Positions 10,096 through 18,790 of a stretch of 64,000 bases of DNA are shown here, in pieces. The first letter of the stretch is position 1. The number at the start of each line of letters is the position of its first letter. The translations under genes were made by a program, and so were the position numbers. The notes under the pieces were generated by a model. That model was given only the letters and a program-made list of their open reading frames with translations, had not been told where the DNA came from and searched no databases. The stretch is taken from positions 544,001 through 608,000 of the forward strand of contig JBMNHS010000001.1 in assembly GCA_050950505.1 (NCBI GenBank), written 5' to 3'. The DNA comes from Candidatus Methanomethylophilaceae archaeon (GTDB lineage: Archaea > Thermoplasmatota > Thermoplasmata > Methanomassiliicoccales > Methanomethylophilaceae).

Positions 10096-10250
10096 TTCAG
10101 ATACCTCCCCGTCTGTATCGGGGATCCGTCGTCTTCATCATCGTCGATCATCATGTAGTACAGTCCGCTGATTATGTCCTTTAGATCTTTGATCTCGGCT
10201 TTCAGCGCCGTGACTTCCGCACGGAGACCTTCCAATTCCTGCTGGTTCAT
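10092..10250 (-). CDS. Small coiled-coil/acidic protein (52 aa), not in ORF track
   Basis: MNQQELEGLRAEVTALKAEIKDLKDIISGLYYMMIDDDEDDGSPIQTGRYLN*; ATGA overlap with csl4 stop; fills the gap exactly. Confidence 0.7.
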   Translation of the reverse strand: MNQQELEGLRAEVTALKAEIKDLKDIISGLYYMMIDDDEDDGSPIQTGRYLN

Positions 10251-10816
10251 AGCTTAACGTTCCCGTAATCCTTGGCCAGTTTTCTGGGCATGGAGTATTT
10301 GCATTCAGGACAGTAAATACCTTTTCCTTTGCGCTCCATTTCTGTTTTGCAGGTACCGCACAAGGAACGGATTACGCCAAGATCGTCATCTCTGGTCGAA
10401 AGTTGCAGGGACGGCTCGGTCTCAATGACTCTGGCCCTGATGAAATCTCCTTTTCTCAGTTCGGAACCCACGTCATCCGTGTAACCGGGGGATATTTTGG
10501 ACACATGAATGGTTGCGTAAGTCTCTCCTCCGACGCCCCTTTCGGTTCCGTCGGTGGCGACCACATCCGCCGTGGCCATGGTTTTGCGTATGTCTGCGAC
10601 TATCGCATACACCGTATCTCCCTCTTTCAGAATGTTCGGAGGGTTGGGCGTCACCACTCTTGCGACGTATTCTTCATTGTCGAGAACCAGTTCCCCGATT
10701 TGGGAAGCGTATATTTTACCGTTTTCGGCATATGTTCCGTCTGACGCAAGGTATTCTTCTTCTACCGCTACCTCGTCTCCGGGGAAAACTCCAATTTTAT
10801 GTTTCATCAAAATCAC
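10247..10816 (-). CDS. csl4: Exosome RNA-binding subunit Csl4
   Basis: VFPGD..EEY N-domain, S1 domain (GDFIRARV), DLGVI and C-terminal Zn ribbon ending RKLA..Y. Confidence 0.92.
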   Translation of the reverse strand: MILMKHKIGVFPGDEVAVEEEYLASDGTYAENGKIYASQIGELVLDNEEYVARVVTPNPPNILKEGDTVYAIVADIRKTMATADVVATDGTERGVGGETYATIHVSKISPGYTDDVGSELRKGDFIRARVIETEPSLQLSTRDDDLGVIRSLCGTCKTEMERKGKGIYCPECKYSMPRKLAKDYGNVKL

Positions 10817-11409
10817 CTTATGTTAACAACAGCTATCTCAATGCTGCGATTTTCATCTCTGTGGAATTCAAATGTATGAGGGATGTTGTACTTATAAACT
10901 TTACAAAGGGACGCTTTTCTGTTCTTCCTTTCGCAGTGCCCGATTACGAAATCCGTTGTTTCCGCTTTGTGGACGGAATACACACATTCCGACAATTCCA
11001 TGGCTTTGTCCAAAAAAGGCCGGTCCGCATTCCTGTTCTGACATCCGAAGGGAGGATTCATAAAAATTGTATCCGCGCCGTCGGTGACGTCGTTCACGTC
11101 GGAAACATGAAATCCGATGTTCAATCCGAGATTCTCTTTGTTTCTGTCAGCGACTTCAATCGCGTCTTCCGAAATATCGTACCCCGCAGACATGCCGGCG
11201 CCCATCAGTGCGGCGGCTATCGCAAACACGCCGTTGCCGCATCCCAAATCCACGATTTTCAGATTTTCGACGTCTCCGTTCATGTAAGCGTCGAACACGA
11301 TGTCGGCGACAATTATCGCAGGAGTGGGATACTGTTCGAGCGACGGGTCGAAAGAAGTCTGTTTTTCAAGACCCTCCAATATGATTTCGAGAGCCCTCTT
11401 CCTCATCAT
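10813..11409 (-). CDS. METTL5-family SAM-dependent N6-adenine RNA methyltransferase
   Basis: LEQYPTP, DLGCGNG, MNPPFG, FEFH motifs. Confidence 0.88.
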   Translation of the reverse strand: MMRKRALEIILEGLEKQTSFDPSLEQYPTPAIIVADIVFDAYMNGDVENLKIVDLGCGNGVFAIAAALMGAGMSAGYDISEDAIEVADRNKENLGLNIGFHVSDVNDVTDGADTIFMNPPFGCQNRNADRPFLDKAMELSECVYSVHKAETTDFVIGHCERKNRKASLCKVYKYNIPHTFEFHRDENRSIEIAVVNIR

Positions 11410-11528
11410 GTATCGTATCCTCCCGGGGCTATTTTGTTTTAGCCGTGACCGGGACGAAACGGAAAGTCACATCATAAAATCAATTGTGGCTAAAAATTAG
11501 ATTTTATTTAGTCATTCTTTTATAATAC

Positions 11529-11573
11529 TCTGATTAAATTAGACAAATGTCTAATATAATTTATTTAATCAGA
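11529..11573. promoter_or_regulatory. Overlapping palindromic operator-like elements in AT-rich divergent promoter
   Basis: ATTAGACA-AA-TGTCTAAT (11538-11555) within TCTGATTAAAT...ATTTAATCAGA (11529-11539 / 11563-11573). Confidence 0.55.
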
Positions 11574-11649
11574 CATAACACAAGTTAATTTATATCATTT
11601 GAGCGCATATCCGCAATCAATCAGCATACCTGCTGAACAGGGGAACCAA

Positions 11650-13254
11650 ATGTACGTCATCGACAACTCGAAATCAACCACGAACACATCTTCAAGAGTC
11701 AAGGATCTTTGTCCTACCAGCGGAATGTGTCCCGTATGCACAGAAGACTGCAATGTAATGTGCGAAGTCTCCAAAGGAGCAATCAGAGGCAGGGAAGTTC
11801 TTTATCCCAGCCCCGAACATTTCGGAAAAAGCACCGCCGCGTCCAACAAGAATTATTTCCTCGATTGGTCGCATTTCCAGATAATGTCCGAGCTTCAGAG
11901 CGCAAAGGGAATCGAACCCGATTCGGACATAGCCTTTTTCGAGAACGTTAAAATCAACACCGTAATCGGTGCCCGCGGAAAGAACCCCATCAAACAGAAA
12001 CTGCCGGTTCACATCGCAGGTTTGGGTTCCACCGCAGTGGCAAAGAGAAACTGGAAGGAGCTCGCGTCCGGAGCCGCTATGGCGGGAGTTTCCGAAGTCA
12101 TCGGAGAAAACGTCTGCGGAATGGACAGCGAAGCCGTCTATTCCAACGGCAAAGTCCAATCTTCCGTTGACCTGGAATTCCGCGTGAATTCCTACCTCAA
12201 TTTTTGGGACGGGGAAAACGGACGCATCGTTCTTCAGACCAACGTTGAAGATCAGCGTGCCGGAGTGGACGAATACGGACTGTCCAAACTTGAAGTGGAA
12301 GTCATCGAGAGAAAGTGGGGGCAGGGCGCAAAGGCCATCGGAGGAGAAGTCAGACTCAACTCCATCGAGAGAGCCCTGGAACTGAAATCCCGTGGATATG
12401 TGGTGGTCCCCGATCCCGAAGACCCCTCGGTTCAGGAAGCCTTCAGGGCCGGCGCTTTCAAAACTTTTGAAAGGCACAGCCGGGTGGGATTTCCCGAACA
12501 TGACAGATTCATCGATGATGTTGACAATCTGAGAACCATGGGCGCAAAAAACGTATTCTTGAAGACCGGCGCCTTCAAACCTGAGGCAGTGGCATTCACA
12601 ATGAAAGTCGCTTCCGAAGCCAAATTGGATCTTGTGACCTTCGACGGGGCGGGAGCGGGCACGGGAATGTCTCCCGTCATGCACATGCACGAATTGGGCA
12701 CTCCGACAATCTGGCTCTTCTCCCAAGTTATGAAGTGCGCTAAATTGCTCAAGGACAGAAACCTCCCTGTTCCCGATGTTTCTTTCGCAGGCGGATTCAT
12801 CAACGAGGCTCAGATGTACAAAGCCTTCGCGCTGTCCGATCTCGGAGACGGTCCAATATGCAGGTCCATCGGAATGGCCAGAGCCCCCCTTACCGCTGCA
12901 ATGAAAGGAAGGAGATTCTCCGAACTTGCCAAGGAAGGAAAACTTCCGGGAAGTTTTTCCAAAGAATACGGAGACGATCCCAAAACCTTCATGATTTCCG
13001 CCGGAACCGTTACAAAAACGTATCCTGACAAGGAAATCGGAACGGAGATTCCGTGGGGAGGGGTTGCGTTGTACACTTACTTCCAGGACAGGCTGGGAGA
13101 AGGTCTCAAGCAACTCATGGCGGGTACCAGAAGATTCACCTTCGATTCCATAGAGTACGGGGACATTGTCACCCTTACGGATATCGCGAGCAGGGTTTCC
13201 GGTGTTGAAACTTTGGAAGCCCGGGCGGAAAGGGTAATGGAGAATCTTCTCTGA
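11650..13254 (+). CDS. Stand-alone FMN-binding glutamate synthase (GltB domain 2)-like protein with N-terminal Cys cluster
   Basis: SGMCPVC..DC..MCE, LGST, IGENV, KWGQGAKAIGGE, DGAGAGTGMSP, FAGG motifs; start set at ATG 11650. Confidence 0.85.
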   Translation: MYVIDNSKSTTNTSSRVKDLCPTSGMCPVCTEDCNVMCEVSKGAIRGREVLYPSPEHFGKSTAASNKNYFLDWSHFQIMSELQSAKGIEPDSDIAFFENVKINTVIGARGKNPIKQKLPVHIAGLGSTAVAKRNWKELASGAAMAGVSEVIGENVCGMDSEAVYSNGKVQSSVDLEFRVNSYLNFWDGENGRIVLQTNVEDQRAGVDEYGLSKLEVEVIERKWGQGAKAIGGEVRLNSIERALELKSRGYVVVPDPEDPSVQEAFRAGAFKTFERHSRVGFPEHDRFIDDVDNLRTMGAKNVFLKTGAFKPEAVAFTMKVASEAKLDLVTFDGAGAGTGMSPVMHMHELGTPTIWLFSQVMKCAKLLKDRNLPVPDVSFAGGFINEAQMYKAFALSDLGDGPICRSIGMARAPLTAAMKGRRFSELAKEGKLPGSFSKEYGDDPKTFMISAGTVTKTYPDKEIGTEIPWGGVALYTYFQDRLGEGLKQLMAGTRRFTFDSIEYGDIVTLTDIASRVSGVETLEARAERVMENLL

Positions 13255-13266
13255 AACCGATTTAAG

Positions 13267-13290
13267 GGGACGGTCTTATCAGGCCGTCCC
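13267..13290 (+). terminator. GC-rich hairpin after the GltB-like gene
   Basis: GGGACGGTCT-TATC-AGGCCGTCCC followed by a T/A-rich tract. Confidence 0.5.
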
Positions 13291-13361
13291 GTGATATATT
13301 TTATAGAACAATCCCATTGCGAGCCGCGAACGTCGGGATGGATTGTTCCTGATACGGGGGA

Positions 13362-14915
13362 GTGCAATTGGTAAAAATCAAACGTGCGATCGTCAGTGTT
13401 TCTGACAAAACGGGCATAGCGGACTTTGTCCGGGAACTGGTTTCCCGAGGTACGGAGGTAATATCCACCGGAGGAACCCATAAACTTCTGAAGGAAGAAG
13501 GAATCGACGTGACTGAAGTCTCCGACGTAACGGGATTCCCGGAAATGCTGGACGGCCGCGTGAAAACCCTGCACCCCAAACTGCACGGGGGAATACTCGC
13601 GAAACGCGATGACGCAAACCATATGAAAGCCCTCGAAAACGCGGAGATAACCCCCGTGGACATGGTGGTGGTGAATCTTTATCCGTTCAAAGAAACGGTT
13701 CTGAAAAATTCTTCTTTCGACGACATTGTGGAAAATATCGACATTGGCGGCCCCAGCCTGATTCGCGCCGCCGCCAAAAATTACAATTCCGTGGCGGTTG
13801 TCACGGATCCTTCCCAATACTCCCTGATTCTCGAAGACATCAAAGAACACGGAGAAGTCATTCCCGGAACCTTGGAAAAGCTCATGGCCGAAGCCTTCGT
13901 GAACACTGCGAATTACGACGCGATGATCGCCGAAACCGTGCTGAAACGGTTCGGTGACGGATTTCCCCGTTCATTCCCCGTTCCCACGGAGAAAGTCGAA
14001 GATCTCAGATACGGGGAAAACCCCAATCAGAAAGCCGCGTATTACACGGATCCCTTCACGGAAGGGCCCACCGTGTCAAAATCCGAACAGCTTCACGGCA
14101 AACAGCTGTCTTTCAACAACATCCTCGATTTGGACAAAGCCCTCGACATCGTAATGGATTTTGAAAAGCCGACGGTTGTTGTGATGAAACACACCAACCC
14201 CTGCGGTTTGGCTTCCGCCGATACGATATCGGAAGCCTTCATCACCGCTTATGACGTGGACCCCATGTCCGCCTACGGGTGTGTGATTGCACTCAACCGG
14301 GACTGCGATATGAAAACCGCCGAAGAAATCAAGAAACATTTCGTTGAAGCGGTCATTTGCCCGGAGTACGAACCGGAAGCCCTTGAACTTCTGCAGACCA
14401 AGAAGAATCTCCGCATTCTCAGAACCGGGGAACCGATCGGCCCCGACCGCAGACACAGGGATTACAAAATGAAGAAGGTCAGAGGCGGGATGCTGATCCA
14501 GACCGACGAAGACCTCGTCATAGACCCGAACAATCTCACGGTGGTCACCGAACGTGCACCGACGGAAGATGAAATCCATTCGTTGCTGTTTGCATGGAAA
14601 CTCGCCAAACATGTAACGTCCAATGCCGTCGTATACGTGAAAGACGAACGTGCGGTGGGCATCGGGGCGGGTCAGATGAGCCGGGTGGATTCCGCAAAGA
14701 TTGCGGCGATGAAAGCCAACGAGCCCACTGAAGGCAGTGTTATGGCATCCGACGCGTTCTTCCCTTTCAGGGACGGAGTGGACACCGCCGCCGAAGCGGG
14801 CGTGACCGCAATAATCCAACCCGGCGGAAGCATTCGGGACCAGGAAGTCATAGACGCCGCCAACGAACACGGCATAGCCATGGTGTTTACCGGCTGCCGG
14901 GTGTTCAGACACTGA
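13362..14915 (+). CDS. purH: Bifunctional AICAR transformylase / IMP cyclohydrolase
   Basis: [59 protein letters not shown]. Confidence 0.97.
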   Translation: MQLVKIKRAIVSVSDKTGIADFVRELVSRGTEVISTGGTHKLLKEEGIDVTEVSDVTGFPEMLDGRVKTLHPKLHGGILAKRDDANHMKALENAEITPVDMVVVNLYPFKETVLKNSSFDDIVENIDIGGPSLIRAAAKNYNSVAVVTDPSQYSLILEDIKEHGEVIPGTLEKLMAEAFVNTANYDAMIAETVLKRFGDGFPRSFPVPTEKVEDLRYGENPNQKAAYYTDPFTEGPTVSKSEQLHGKQLSFNNILDLDKALDIVMDFEKPTVVVMKHTNPCGLASADTISEAFITAYDVDPMSAYGCVIALNRDCDMKTAEEIKKHFVEAVICPEYEPEALELLQTKKNLRILRTGEPIGPDRRHRDYKMKKVRGGMLIQTDEDLVIDPNNLTVVTERAPTEDEIHSLLFAWKLAKHVTSNAVVYVKDERAVGIGAGQMSRVDSAKIAAMKANEPTEGSVMASDAFFPFRDGVDTAAEAGVTAIIQPGGSIRDQEVIDAANEHGIAMVFTGCRVFRH

Positions 14916-14924
14916 TTTCCGGTT

Positions 14925-15120
14925 TCAGTCCTTGTCCAACTCTATGGGTATGATGGGCTTTCCCTCGGCCTTTCTCTTCATGTGTCCCCCAGGGCCTCCC
15001 CGTTCTATACGGGCGGCTTCGATACATTCGGGGTTGTTGCACACGTGAGCGGCGAATACGAAATTCTTGGAGGGTTTGCCGCATATCTCACAGGGGTAAT
15101 CTTCAAATCCTGTTTCCATG
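14925..15120 (-). CDS. Small Cys-rich (zinc-finger-like) hypothetical protein
   Basis: CEICG...C..PEC...RGGPGGH; start ATG 15120 or 15137. Confidence 0.65.
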
Positions 15121-15169
15121 AAAGGTACATTGTTCATCTGATGTAAAAACCAAGCGTTATGTATGCACA

Positions 15170-15610
15170 GTGCCGTCCGTGATTGTGAACTTTCAGACTC
15201 TTTCGGAAAAATACAGACTGGACGATTGCATCAAATGCAAACGTTGCACGAAAAACTGCCCCTCCGCAAAACACGGAGGAATAATCCCGGACCGGGTTGT
15301 GTCTGAAGTCTCCGAGGGAATTTACGACGGTGATCCCTGGACCTGCCTGATGTGTCACAGATGCGGCATGGTCTGCCCCAAAGACATAGATATTCCGGAA
15401 CTGATCCGGGAACTCCGTCAATCAGAAGCTTCGAAAGAAAATATTCCGGACAGGTTTTCCCGGGTTTACAAAAGATACATGGAAACCGGAGACACGCTGT
15501 CCGTGGCAGCTTCCATGGATGAAGAAAGGAACCGGCTCGGACTTCCGAACATGGAAAGGGACGTTGACGCTTTGGAAAAACTCAGAAAAATAACTGGAGG
15601 CAAAGAATGA
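15170..15610 (+). CDS. HdrC-like 2x[4Fe-4S] protein
   Basis: CIKCKRCTKNCP and WTCLMCHRCGMVCP..I.....LR, the HdrC pattern. Confidence 0.8.
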   Translation: MPSVIVNFQTLSEKYRLDDCIKCKRCTKNCPSAKHGGIIPDRVVSEVSEGIYDGDPWTCLMCHRCGMVCPKDIDIPELIRELRQSEASKENIPDRFSRVYKRYMETGDTLSVAASMDEERNRLGLPNMERDVDALEKLRKITGGKE

Positions 15611-16377
15611 AACTGTTCCCCGGTTGCACCGTGACATCAAGAATACCTTTTGTGGAATCCGCCACGTTGTTCATCGCCGAAGAGCTGGGAAAGGAATTTT
15701 CCGGCAAAGAACCGATGTGCTGTTTCGAACCCACGGGACTCAGGTCCGTGGATTATGACGTATGGACCGCCGTCGGCGAGATGATCCATTCCCGCAACGC
15801 GAATGAAAGAATAGTGACTCTCTGCGAGGGATGCAACATGTCTCTCTCCCTGTCCAAAGACATTCTTGAGACGGATGAAGGAATCGCATCGGCCGAAACA
15901 AGACTTTCGGAAGTCGGAATGAAACCCGGAACGGCGGAGGTGAACGGACTTTTGGAATATCTTCATGAAAACACCGAGGGAATCAGAAAAGCGGTCAAAA
16001 CACCGATCAAAGGGACCGGCGCGGTGTTTCCCGGATGCCACGGGGATTACGCATACATGAAGAGAGGTCACGACGCTTCCGATCTGCTTTATGAAATCAT
16101 GGAAGCCGCGGGCTGTCAGGGAGTGAAACTCAAAGGTCCTCTTTGTTGCGGCGGAGGCCTCCAAGGAGTTTACGACGACATCGCCGAAGACATAATTGCC
16201 GATATGGTGGATGCCTTCAGAGAAGCAGGTGCAGACTTTGCGGTGGTATCCTGCGGATTCTGTTTCCGCAGGATAGACGGAGCCGCGAAATTCCCGGTAA
16301 TGCACATATCCGAACTTGTGGCCCGGAGTATGGGTTGGGATGCGAATCTGTCCCGTTACCACAGAACCGAGATTTAA
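15607..16377 (+). CDS. HdrB-like CCG-domain protein
   Basis: Two Cys-rich domains: FPGC..CC..TLCEGC and FPGC..CCGG..SCGFC; coupled to the HdrC-like gene. Confidence 0.8.
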   Translation: MKLFPGCTVTSRIPFVESATLFIAEELGKEFSGKEPMCCFEPTGLRSVDYDVWTAVGEMIHSRNANERIVTLCEGCNMSLSLSKDILETDEGIASAETRLSEVGMKPGTAEVNGLLEYLHENTEGIRKAVKTPIKGTGAVFPGCHGDYAYMKRGHDASDLLYEIMEAAGCQGVKLKGPLCCGGGLQGVYDDIAEDIIADMVDAFREAGADFAVVSCGFCFRRIDGAAKFPVMHISELVARSMGWDANLSRYHRTEI

Positions 16378-17189
16378 TCCAAGTCCAGCGAAAACTGCAC
16401 CGCGGTAACCGAATGGGTCAAAGAACCCATGGACACCAGATCCGCACATCCCGCAAAATCGGCGATGTTGTCCAACGTAATGTCTCCGGACGCTTCCACC
16501 AATACTTTGGGCGAGACCTCTTTGACGGCATCCCTGAGCTTCCGGACGTCTTCCGGTTCCATGTTGTCTGCCATGACGATGTCCGCTCCCATTTCGGCTA
16601 CGGTGACGGCGTCGGCGACATTGTTCACTTCGATTTCCACTTTCACATGGAATTGGGTTTTCAAAGCTTCGGTCATGGCATTTTCCACCGAACCGCAGGC
16701 TTTTATGTGATTGTCTTTGATCAAGATCATGTCATAAAGACCGAATCTGTGTTCGGCTCCGCCTCCGAGGCGTATGGCTTTTTTTTCGTATTTCCTGAAT
16801 CCGGGGGTGGTTTTCCGGGTTCCGCATACCTGAGTTCCGGAATCCTTTCCGAGAAGTTCTGCGGCTTTCGCGGTGGCGGTGGCTATGCCGCTCATCCTCA
16901 TCAGGAAGTTGAGTGCGGTGCGCTCGGCGGTGATTATGCCTCTGACGGGTCCGGTAATCGAAACAATCCGGTCTCCGGCCGCGACTCTGTCGCCGTCTTC
17001 CACGACGGGGGACGCATCCGCACCCAAAAGGGAAAACACCATACAGGCTTCTTCGATTCCGGCGACCACCGCATCTCTTTCACAGATGATGGAGGCTCTT
17101 CCGTTGGTGTCGGGAACCACCAATTCGGCGGTAAGGTCCCCTCTGCCGACATCCTCCAGGAGAAACCTTTCGATGTCTTTCATAATCAC
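16374..17189 (-). CDS. nadC: Quinolinate phosphoribosyltransferase
   Basis: EDVGRGDLT, ERTALN, TRKTTPG, HRFGL, IKDNH, EIEV, EASG motifs. Confidence 0.95.
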   Translation of the reverse strand: MIMKDIERFLLEDVGRGDLTAELVVPDTNGRASIICERDAVVAGIEEACMVFSLLGADASPVVEDGDRVAAGDRIVSITGPVRGIITAERTALNFLMRMSGIATATAKAAELLGKDSGTQVCGTRKTTPGFRKYEKKAIRLGGGAEHRFGLYDMILIKDNHIKACGSVENAMTEALKTQFHVKVEIEVNNVADAVTVAEMGADIVMADNMEPEDVRKLRDAVKEVSPKVLVEASGDITLDNIADFAGCADLVSMGSLTHSVTAVQFSLDLD

Positions 17190-18421
17190 AACTCCATTTC
17201 GAACGCTTTGTCGGGTTTCGGCAGGATTACGTTGTAATCCTGCAGATCCGGCAGGAACTCCTCTCCGACTTCAGAGTGCATGATCACAACGTTATCGGGA
17301 TCGCAGTCCTGTATGAACTGAACAATCTGGCCGTGATCCGCATGGGCGGAGAAATCAAATTTCTGAACTTCGCAGTGGATTTTCTGAATTTCCCCGTCGA
17401 TGTTCATCACGCCGTGGTCCATCAGCATCCTTCCGTTGGTGTCCTCGGCCTGATAACCGACGATAAGCAATGCGCTTTTCGGGTCGTTCTTTACTTTGTT
17501 GACGTAACTGAGAACCGGTCCCCCGTCCATCATTCCGCCGGTGGTCACGATGATTTGTCCCCTTGCGGCGTTCTTTCTCATGTTGGAGTGTTTGACCGTG
17601 TGGAAGTTCCTTCTGGCCGTTTTGAGTTTGCGGGCGTCTCTGAGGTATTCGGGATATTCGAGGAAAAGTCTGGTAACCGAACGTCCCATTCCGTCAACCC
17701 ACATCTCATAATCCAAATTCATGAGCTGGAGCATTATTTCCTGAGTCCTTCCGATGGCGAACACCGGAATCAGGCAGGTACCCCCTCTTTCGACGACCTC
17801 TTGTACTTTGTTCAAAAAGTCCCGTTCGGTCTGGTCTCTGGGAGTATGGTTTCTTCCGCCGTAAGTCCCCTCAACAATCAACGTCTCGCATTTTACGGGC
17901 CTTGCGCCGTTTACCAGCCTCTGGTCCATGGTGTGAATGTCTCCGGTGTAGAGCACGCTGGTATCCCCTTCGAACAGGAACATGGAAGCCCCGGGAATAT
18001 GTCCCGCGGAATGCAGTGTCACGTCGACGGAGCCCACTTCAATGGTATCTCCGAAAGTCAACGGAACGACGCTTCTCATGGTACGGTCGATGTCTCCGGA
18101 AGTATACTGCAAAGGATAGTCTTCCGCTTTGGAGATTTTCAAAGAATCGTTCATCAGCAGCTCTCCCACTTCGGCCGTCAAAGGTGTTGTAAACAGTTCG
18201 GCATGTTGTTTTCCGCAGACCGCGGGCATCATCCCGCAGTGATCCAAATGACTGTGCGTAAGGAACACGTGGTCCACGGGGGGTGCCGGTATGGGATATT
18301 CCGGTGGTTTGGTGGGGTTCATGCCATACTCGATAAGGACGGCTTTATCCTCCCATTCCATGGTCATGCCCATGCAACCGACCATATCGGCCCCTCCTAA
18401 GAATCTGTATCTAACTCTCAT
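17186..18421 (-). CDS. Beta-CASP metallo-beta-lactamase ribonuclease (aCPSF2-like)
   Basis: THSHLDHCG, AGHIPG, YTGD, EGTYG, FAIGRTQE, FSAHAD; no KH domains; start ATG 18421. Confidence 0.9.
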   Translation of the reverse strand: MRVRYRFLGGADMVGCMGMTMEWEDKAVLIEYGMNPTKPPEYPIPAPPVDHVFLTHSHLDHCGMMPAVCGKQHAELFTTPLTAEVGELLMNDSLKISKAEDYPLQYTSGDIDRTMRSVVPLTFGDTIEVGSVDVTLHSAGHIPGASMFLFEGDTSVLYTGDIHTMDQRLVNGARPVKCETLIVEGTYGGRNHTPRDQTERDFLNKVQEVVERGGTCLIPVFAIGRTQEIMLQLMNLDYEMWVDGMGRSVTRLFLEYPEYLRDARKLKTARRNFHTVKHSNMRKNAARGQIIVTTGGMMDGGPVLSYVNKVKNDPKSALLIVGYQAEDTNGRMLMDHGVMNIDGEIQKIHCEVQKFDFSAHADHGQIVQFIQDCDPDNVVIMHSEVGEEFLPDLQDYNVILPKPDKAFEMEL

Positions 18422-18790
18422 TTTCGATTTCCTTCTGTTGTAGATGCCATAAAGGCGGTGAAAAGAGGAACGCATAGGCGCCTCTTTGACTGTGAATTAA
18501 AACATAACGGTGATGCTTTCTTCCGCCTAATATCTGACGGTATATTTAGTTTCCTTAATTAGGTCGAAATAGACGCTAATCATCAAAAAATGAGGTGTTT
18601 TTCAACCGCCGACGGTGTTTGGAGCCCGAATCTTTGCGTATGTTCCGTCGATTTCGGAATGAAACGCTGAAGTCAGGTTCTCTTCTGACAATTGACGCAT
18701 TACATATTCGTCAATCGATGGAAAAAATACGGCATTTGACTTGTGACAATCCGAAACTTATTAAACATAAAATGCCTAGCCGACTGTGGG

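Noticed and set aside
13295-13361. ZTP (pfl) riboswitch upstream of purH
   Set aside because: Region is too short and lacks the conserved pseudoknot sequences as I recall them; kept only as a generic inverted repeat
18422-18790. Replication origin near pcn, or a fluoride riboswitch / C/D sRNA at GGTGATG...CTGA
   Set aside because: No ORB-like repeats or cdc6 gene; the box C and riboswitch matches are incomplete
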